From Octopus vulgaris (lineage: Eukaryota), in contig OX597828.1 in the NCBI GenBank assembly GCA_951406725.2, positions 30,008,001 through 30,072,000 of the forward strand: 64,000 nt of DNA, in the 5' to 3' direction. Both the position numbers and the translations under genes were made by a program. The stretch's first letter is position 1. Each line of letters begins with the position of its first letter. The notes beneath the pieces were generated by a model. That model made no database searches. It was given only the letters and a program-made list of their open reading frames with translations, and had not been told where the DNA came from. Shown one piece after another: positions 55,254 through 64,000 of the stretch.

Positions 55254-56510
55254 CGAGGGGCGTTCAATAAGTAATGTCCCTGACCCACTTCCCATAGCAG
55301 TAGAGCAACGAAACTTGGCACAGTTATTAGTCTTTTTCTACATAGGAACCACCCAGAGTTACGCATTTCTCCCATTGTTTGATGCAGCTCTGGAGACCGT
55401 TTTTATAGAAGACCCCAGCTTGGTCCTTCAACTTGAACGCGACTTCAGAAATCAAGGCTGCATCATCTGGGAAACGCTTTCCTTTCAAAAACAACTTCAT
55501 GGCTGGGAAGAGGTGAAAATCAGAGGGTGCAAGGTCAGGAGAGTAGGGGGGATGGGGGAGGAGTTTATAGCCATACGCCTGTGCTTCTGATCTGGCGACA
55601 AGCGAGTTGTGGACCGGAGCTTTGTCCTGCAGGAGGAGGATGCCTTTGCTGATCTTGTCTCGCCTTCTGATTTTGATAACTTCCTCAAAAGTGAAGCATA
55701 ATAGGCTCCTGCAATTGTGGTACCCTTTGCCAGGAAATCTGTCATCACTACTCCGTCCTGGTCCCAGAATACTGTGAGCATGACCTTGCCAGCGGAGGGC
55801 TGCACCATTGCCTTCTTTGGAGGGGTTAAGTCACGGTGCTTCCACTGCATTGACTGGGCTTTGGTCTTTGGATCATCGTGATGGACCCAGGTTTCATCCT
55901 GTGTAATCAGTCTTTTGAAAAATTTTGACTCATCTTCTTGGCACATCTCCAAATTCACCCTCGAGCACTCGACGCGTTCTTGTTTCTGGAAAGGCGTGAG
56001 CAACCTGGGAATCCATCTGGCAGATACCTTTTGCATATGCAAATGGTCATGAATGATAGTTTCCACAGACCCGGTACTAATCTTGACCTCATGGGCTATT
56101 TGGCGAATAGTTATGCGTCGATCTTCCAAAATGGCAGCCTCAACTTGACGGACAGATGCCTCATCAATGGCAGAAGGAGGCGACCAGATCTGGGAGCTGT
56201 TTCCACAGAGTTCCGACCATGTTTGAATTCAATGATGGGGCATCATCACCATAAGTTACTTTCATTTCATCAAAAGTCTCCCGTGGTGTGCGTCCTTTCC
56301 AATACAAAAACCGGATCACTGCTCGACACTCAACAGGCTCCATTTAACACTTGACTCGGTTCAAACACCTGTAAATCAGAAACCACAATTAATTCAGAGC
56401 TGTAATTCGCCACTTAATCTATAGAGATATAAATTATTGCACATGCAAAATTTCAGCTAGATCAAACAACTGCAAGTGGGTCAGAGGCATTACTTATTGA
56501 ACGTCCCTCG
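55254..56510 (-). mobile_element. Near-full-length mariner with frameshifted transposase
   Basis: ~37-bp TIRs CGAGGGGCGTTCAATAAGTAATG.../...CATTACTTATTGAACGTCCCTCG, TA on both sides; KVSARWIPRLL, ITQDETW, SAGKVMLTVFWD, HPPYSPDLAPSDFHLF in a shifted frame. Confidence 0.95.
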
Positions 56511-56560
56511 TACATACATACATACATATATATATATAAATATATACATACATACATATG

Positions 56561-56610
<50 letters not shown>

Positions 56611-56726
56611 TACATATATACATACATATATATTTATATGTGTGTGTGTATTTATGTATACACACATACATACAAATATATATATAGAACCAGTCAATGA
56701 GTAACACAGAAAGAGAGAGAAAGTGG

Positions 56727-56758
<32 letters not shown>

Positions 56759-56919
56759 AGATGCAGAGATAAAGCATTCCTTCTTTCTCTATAGAAATTG
56801 TCCAGATTGCGTTAGCTTTTTGTGTGCCAATTTTGTTTTATACCGTCTCACTTCGAGACACCTGCAAACTTATATGCAGCGCATATGATTATAAATATAT
56901 GTATTTCCATGTTTAGTAA

Positions 56920-56920
<1 letters not shown>

Positions 56921-56975
<55 letters not shown>

Positions 56976-57023
56976 GTCTGACTCTCTGTCTATCTATCTA
57001 TTAGTCAATCTATGTATCCATCC

Positions 57024-57077
<54 letters not shown>

Positions 57078-57105
57078 ATATCCATCTATCCATATATCTA
57101 TCTAT
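56921..57105. repeat. (CTAT)n tetranucleotide tract
   Basis: Directly visible; similar tracts near 42590-42650 (GATA) and 62445-62515. Confidence 0.95.
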
Positions 57106-57460
57106 CTGTAAGTCTAGCTTTTTATTTATCTATATACCTACAGAAAGTAAGACAGTTATATACATATACACACATCTATATTTCAGTACATTTGCTTGTG
57201 TCTCTGTGTGCTCACATCTGAGTATGTATATTTTTATATTTATAGAATCGTTAGACTTAGTCTCTAGGAAAAGAAGATCGTTAATATATCTTTATTTATT
57301 TAAACTACTTTTCCTCCCATAGAAATTTCTGCATCACAGTTTTTTTCTATATTTACGTAAATATTTATTAGCACGAAATGATTGTTATTTTCTTAATATG
57401 TTTCTTTAATAGCATCATCATTTTTTTCCACATGAGTTTTACTCTCTCTCTCTCTCTCTT

Positions 57461-57524
<64 letters not shown>

Positions 57525-57646
57525 GAACATTTCATGATTTTGGTTGCAATCAATTGCTGAAAAGGTTTTATCTCTAAATTCTAGGACAAATTTAAACACA
57601 CACATACACACATAGACGCATACACTCACACACATACACAAACACG

Positions 57647-57691
<45 letters not shown>

Positions 57692-59319
57692 TGGCGGATA
57701 ACTTTTAACTGTTTAAAAATTTTATAATTTTAAAGAAATCAATCATTTCAATTTCATTCATTATATGACAGTTAAAAAAAAAAAGAAAGATCTGCAGTAA
57801 GACAATAAATCCTAAACGAGATAATAATTTATGTTTAGATATAAAATACGCGCTCACATAAAAGCCCATAGACATTTCTACAATAATCACATACATTTAC
57901 ACACTCAGCCGAATACGCAAAGATACATACGCAAACCCATCCAAAAACAATAGACACATATGCAGACATACACAAAGAAGACCTCATCACAGAACCACAC
58001 ATATCGTATATCTTATTTCACATTTTTTTTGTTTGTTTCATGAACTCAATTAACTTTTAACTCAAATTGATGTTGATTTGATAGTTTTTGCCTGTCGTTT
58101 ATTACTAAATTATATATCTTAATATGATGGATTACCCTACATTACTCTATGTATCTTTTTAAATACAGTTTTCTAATATAAATTGCTCTTTAAACCAAAA
58201 ATGAAATTCTGGCACTAAAATAAACGAATATTTGTTATTTCATTAATGATATCCGAACGACATTTTGTTACTAAAGTCTTATTTAAAATATAAAAGTTGT
58301 TATTTTAAATTTCTCCGAATTACAAACCAAATGGATTAAACAAACATATTTACATTGTAGAAACAACTCAGTAGTTACATTATTTATTTCTTTGTCAACC
58401 AATCAATTTCCTTGTCGCATTGGATAACACGAGTCCTCATCGCTTGACTAACACTGTCACTTCGCATCATTTCGTCGCCGCTGCAGTAACACATGGCGAT
58501 TAAATGCATTTCTGTCAAGTTAGTTGTGCATAACTACACCATTATGCACATAATACCTATAAACGTACTATGAATTGTGTTTACTTACTGTAAAGAAGTC
58601 AGATAGATCTCTCAGCCGGAAGCAAGTTAAAAAAGTACATTACATACAGATGAATAAACACTAGATGAGAGTATGATGTAACTACAACGCACAAATTATG
58701 CGCCTTGAAACTCAAAGCGAACAATTCACTCTTTAATTAAGAACAAACAGCACATACTTTCATTAAAAACTAAAACAAGTTAAAGAAAAAAAAAGTCGAT
58801 GATGACAAGGACATGAATTTGGATAAATAATTCAAGGGGTGAGTCATTGAATACTACACAGAAAATAACCTTAATTAATTGTAAATATGCTCTTAGTTGC
58901 GAAAGAAAGTAAATTTTTACCCTGAGGACATTTTAGATCTTGATTATGCAAAGTGTACTGCCGATAAAATTAATTTTAATACATTTATGTTTCAAAAAGA
59001 TGTCAAATTTTATATTTCATAAACGTTGTCACCTGATAAAACAAGCTGTAATTGATTAATTTAATTGATGATTTCTCATAGACGGATACATGTCCCTGTT
59101 TGGATCTTACCTGCAAAGAACAAATTTTCCTCATTGGCATATGACTAACTTTCAGAGGTTAACTCCTGATTTCTTGAAATTATTTTCAATTTTCCTTTTT
59201 TCTGTGAGGGTAATTTTAACTAATTAGCTACTAAGAATAGCACCTCTTCGCTTATTCAAATTCATACCATTTCAAAATTAAATATTTCGTCTTAGCTCAT
59301 TTCTTATCTAATCATTCAA

Positions 59320-59625
59320 GTTGTTAGTTCCTTCTCGAGCCATGCTTGGCTCATAAGGGCCGATTTCCCGGTTTTTTGGCGTATAGGTTCCCTAACTGGA
59401 CGGGACGCTGGTCCGCCGCAGGTGAGCTGCAAGATGCAGGAGGAAAGAGTGAGAGAAATTTGTGGCGAAAGAGTCAGCAGAAGTTTGGCCATTACATTCC
59501 GTCGGAGCCGCGTGGAGCTTAGGTGTTTCACTCATAAACACACACATCGCCGGGTCTGAGATTCGAACCCGCGATCCCTCGACAGCGAGTCCGCTGCTCT
59601 AACCACTAGGCCATGTGCCTCTACA
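59320..59625 (-). mobile_element. tRNA-headed SINE (family C-type) with perfect 12-bp TSD
   Basis: TSD CTAATCATTCAA at 59308-59319 and 59626-59637; TGGCCTAGTGG A box, GGTTCGAATCT B box; V-domain-like tail shared with 23417-23677. Confidence 0.9.
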
Positions 59626-59776
59626 CTAATCATTCAAATGACACTGGTTAACAATATTCATGACTTCTATTCTATATGCAAAATTATGTCAGACCCTACT
59701 TTATGTTGTCGAGGTTTAGCAAACTGAAATATGTTCATCGTCGTTCCTTGCCTGCAAACTATGTTCAAAATTAAAT

Positions 59777-60018
59777 ACTCTTTTACTCTTTTAATTGTTT
59801 CAGTCATGTTGACTGCGGCCATGCTGGAGCATCGCCTTTAGTCGAGCAAATCGACCCCAGGACTCATTCTTTGCAAGACCAGTACTCATTATGTCGGTCA
59901 CTTTTGCCGAGCCGCTAAGTTACGAGGACGTAAACAAACTAGCATCGGTTGTCAAACGATGTTGGGGTGACACACACGCACAAACATGTACACACACACA
60001 CACACATACATACATACA

Positions 60019-60067
<49 letters not shown>

Positions 60068-60232
60068 GCGACGGGCTTCTTTCAGTTTCCGTCTACCAAA
60101 TCTACTCACAAGGCTTTGGTCGGTCCAAGACTATAGCAGAAGACACTTGCCCAAGGTAGCACGCAGTGGGACTGAACACAGAACCATGTGGTTTGCAAGC
60201 AAGCTACTTACCACACACCTACTCATACCCCT
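59777..60232 (-). mobile_element. SINE family A, full length
   Basis: Homologous to 2484-2935; (AAAAGAGT)-type tail; internal (CA)n(CATA)n(TA)n. Confidence 0.9.
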
Positions 60233-62441
60233 AAAATATTCTGTGAGAACCGAATTAATATTTTTCAGAAATGATCTCCCCTATGCATTAGGAGCCACTA
60301 GTGATTTCCACTACGTACACATCATAGAATTACACGAATAACTTTCAGAATACTTTAAGAATATAGCTGTGTCCTATCTCTTTTACGGGTGTTATTTATT
60401 AAAAACCGCCAAAAGACGCCTTAGAAATAATGTTTTCTAGGTTTAGACAGACAACATTTCTCAAGTTGTCTAGTCTATTATATATTACTGAAATTTCCTT
60501 GAAGGTATAATAGTTATCAAGATTTATATGAGGTGTGTTTCGTTTCTTAGTTATAGTTGTTAGTATAGAATCAATTACTTCTTGTAATTAATTCTCATCT
60601 GAAGTGCTACATTTCTTTGAGCCAGAGTAACGACTTGAATTTACTATTTTTTTCAATATCCATAGAAGGTGATGTAAAATTCTTAGAACGTTTGAAATAA
60701 TGTCTTGCATATAAGTATAACTTTTGCATTCAGTTACAGTTCTTGTGTATCTTTTGTACGGCGAACAAATTCACATCAGGCAGATCCAACCTTTGTTTCC
60801 AAGGTGAGAAAACAATTCCCAATAAAGTATTTGTTTTAATCAACATTCAACTTGTATGTATTTTTACCTGTAAGAATTCAACATTTAGGATTCAAAAACA
60901 AGAGATATGTAAATGCAATTACATATATTCTGTAGTCAAAATATAATTCTCCATAGGTGAAAGGACTGTATTTCAATTAAATATCTAAATTAGTCAAAAG
61001 ATTACACACAAACATAGAATGCATTTTAATTGCCTTAAAAGCATTACAGTTTGAGGAGGAGGTATCATATTTCTGAAAAACAAGTATAGAAATTGAAAGA
61101 ATTTTTAAATAAACCTTATATTCATTTGTAATTTCAGTCATACTCTCTGGAGGTGGAAATCTCATTAATATCATTTGTTAGTTATTCTTCTTCGAAGAAA
61201 ATATATAATATTAATTGGAATTGCTTGTGCATGATTTACTTTCATTTCATTTCTTCATTTCTATATCGATGATATCCAGCAAACATTTCTGCAGTGTTGC
61301 GGAAACAAGCCAGCCAGCAGGGCGCACAAGAATACTGTAGTTCCGAATAGAGGTTTCGTATAGAATGTTGGTTGGACTGAAGTAGGCGCCACCAGTTAAA
61401 ATATATGCTCGATTCAGGTGATATGTTGGCTGTTTGGTCCAAGTTGTAGGTAATCTTTTAAAAGATAGGAGAGAGATGGAATGAACGAAAGCTTGTATGG
61501 ATGCATGACATATTGAATCGTACATTTATACTTTAGAGTTGTAAAGGAACAAAGGATAAGACTATGATTAGGTAACTAAACACAGACAAGAAAATAAAAA
61601 TAAAAATACACAGTGAAAGGATAGAGGGAATACAGTGAGAAAGTTACACGTGTATATAACTGCTTGTTAACCAGCTCTTCTAGTTTTTAAATGATCAGGA
61701 CGTTGCATGGACAATTCAATATTTAATACGATATTTAATATTTCATATACCAATTACGTGGAAAGGAGTTACTGGTTTTCCCAAAAGTTTTCAGTTTTCA
61801 TTCGAAATACATTTAAGTAGACTTCGAGATATTGTGCCACTTTCGAAAGAGAATTCTAAATATTCAGAGAATATTCAGAACCTTTCAAAGAACTTATAAA
61901 AACTTTACAAGCATTTTCAAAGTAATTTCATCTTTAAGGGAGCTATAATATTCAAATTATTACCGAAATAACGTTGCGGATCATATACTTACTCTAAAGG
62001 AATCTCCAGACGAGTTTCTTCCTAGAAGTTGACAAAGTAACTGTAGATATCAAATAGACATTTTCATTGAGGACAAAGATCGAAAACCTCCATTATGTTT
62101 GTTTTCGTATTTTAAAAATATTATCTTATAATCTTCTATTGTATTTACACTTAATTTTATATTAGAATTTCATGTATAAGAATTGGTACAGATTATATTT
62201 TAAATGGCAAATATTAAATTGTAAGTTTATATATATTCGAATTTTAATTGTTATTAGCACAACTTTGCCAAAGCTTATAAATCTTTATACAAACACCGAC
62301 AATTTCGTGGTGGCATAAAAGTATAAAGTGAACCTTAGTGTAGTGATTATAAAATTTCGCTTTGTAATATTCATGACATTCATGCCAGCATAAAAGCAAA
62401 TCTTTTTCTGCCGCCTCTTTCTTTCTCTCTCTGTCTCTGTC

Positions 62442-62516
<75 letters not shown>

Positions 62517-62697
62517 GTCTATATTGATTTCAGCAATATAACTACACGTGGTTCGTTGGCAGTTTCTTTTCCTTTGTTTAACTCCCTCTTTTCACCGACC
62601 GTCAAGCGTATATACTTTCTGTGCACGTCCTCACGCCCGTATTGTTTTCTTGTTTTTTAATTGCTTCAGGTTATTTCAATTGTTTGTTTATTTGAAT

Positions 62698-62757
<60 letters not shown>

Positions 62758-64000
62758 CAAAGAAGGTAATTAACTCTAGGCAGATAACTATAAAGAACCT
62801 ACTAAGGCTTTAATTTTCGCGATGAGGAGAGCAAATTTATCTAAACGTGAAGGTGATATAAGACTAACATCTGGGAAAGCCATAATAGAATTCGACTGGG
62901 CATACTACTGGACAGGGACAGAACAACCTGCTAATTTCTTGATAACTATGGATTTTAGCGACTCTGTACAAATAACTTCTGTATGGCGGTCGCAAGGAAT
63001 CGTAGGCAACAATTTGGAAGTCTAGATTGCATAACCATTCTTCGATTTAGTTTGGGAGAAAACAAAATTTTACGAATCTTTGTAAATGCATTTGGGATTT
63101 GAAAAACAGTTACAGTATACATAAAGTGTCCCATTATTAGTTGCGCTCCATCGTAAAATACTGGTAATTTTATAAGTGATCTTTTTCTAGAGGAAATATA
63201 TTGTAGGAGAGTCTTATGTTGAAAGGTTCCCATAAGTATAGAAAAACATTTAAATAATTCAATAATAAATCACACCTTCATTACAATTGTTTTTTTTTTA
63301 ATATCGAATGAGCATAATTGTTCTAACTATTTTAGCATACCGAAACAACTAGACAATTAAACGACGTGACGTAGAATGTGGCTTTTCAAGGAGATACATT
63401 TCTTAACTTTCATTTCGTATATGTTCTTGAATTATAGATATTATTTCAGTTCGCTTTGAAATGAACTACTTTTGGGTAGTCTTTATAACAAAGTGTTAGC
63501 ATAAGGTCCTGGATATTTACACAGAGATACGGTCGCAATTACACAGAAGCCTGTATTACAAGCTGGGTAGGGACATTTTTTATTGTATTTTTACTACACT
63601 ACCTGAAGTTACGTCATTTCGTCTCATCAGAATAAAGTTAATAATATTTGATAGTGAGATGTGTATGTTTAAAATCAAATTAGTCTAGGGAAATAATATT
63701 GGGGTTAGACTAAAAATGGAGAGGTTAAGACAAAGACAAATAGGGCAATGGCAACAAAGAGAGAGGGAGAGAGAGCGAGAGAGAAACGTGTAGAAGGAAA
63801 ATTATGAGCTGAAGGGTGACTAGACGTAAGAAATAAATAGAATGAGTTTAGATGAGGGCAATAAAGTTAATCCTGAAAAGAAATACTACTATTCGCAGCA
63901 GCAAATAGCATATGTTCGGGGTAAATACATTGCACCGTGTTAAAAAAAGTTAATAAATAAAGTTAGTATTAATGGTACTACAAGTGAATAATGGGAACGC

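Noticed and set aside
59545-59620. tRNA gene (also heads near 23417 and 38890-38955)
   Set aside because: A/B boxes are present but continue into SINE bodies with TSDs; no complete cloverleaf evident
61242-61525. Overlapping short minus-strand ORFs in unique-looking DNA
   Set aside because: No recognisable domain or convincing splice signals
63600-63637. Minus-strand CTGATGA-GAC-GAAA
   Set aside because: Only 3 nt for stem II and no stem I pairing; chance match

Overview
AT-rich, repeat-saturated eukaryotic non-coding DNA (intergenic or a very long intron). I recognise the SINE families and microsatellite load as octopus/cephalopod-like, which is an inference. No intact host protein-coding gene can be supported: the long ORFs are translated microsatellites and the rest are decayed transposon proteins. 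Content: (i) many tRNA-headed SINEs of at least three modular families; (ii) R4/Dong-type restriction-like-endonuclease LINE fragments, seven of which sit in (AAT)n tracts in one fixed orientation; (iii) two CR1/L2-type RT remnants; (iv) four mariner remnants including a palindromic one, a hAT MITE with an 8-bp TSD and a non-autonomous Helitron; (v) a ~1.48-kb near-identical tandem duplication that ends exactly at the hAT target site. The most interesting signal is a set of short, microsatellite-embedded, often inverted non-coding units carrying minimal type-I hammerhead ribozyme motifs of the Penelope-pLTR/retrozyme kind. One (55027-55085) has a complete catalytic core, and several degenerate paired copies reconstruct a canonical core between them. 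Fold-back/template-switch palindromes recur next to (TA)n at scales from 13 bp to about 250 bp. All alignments and identities were judged by eye.
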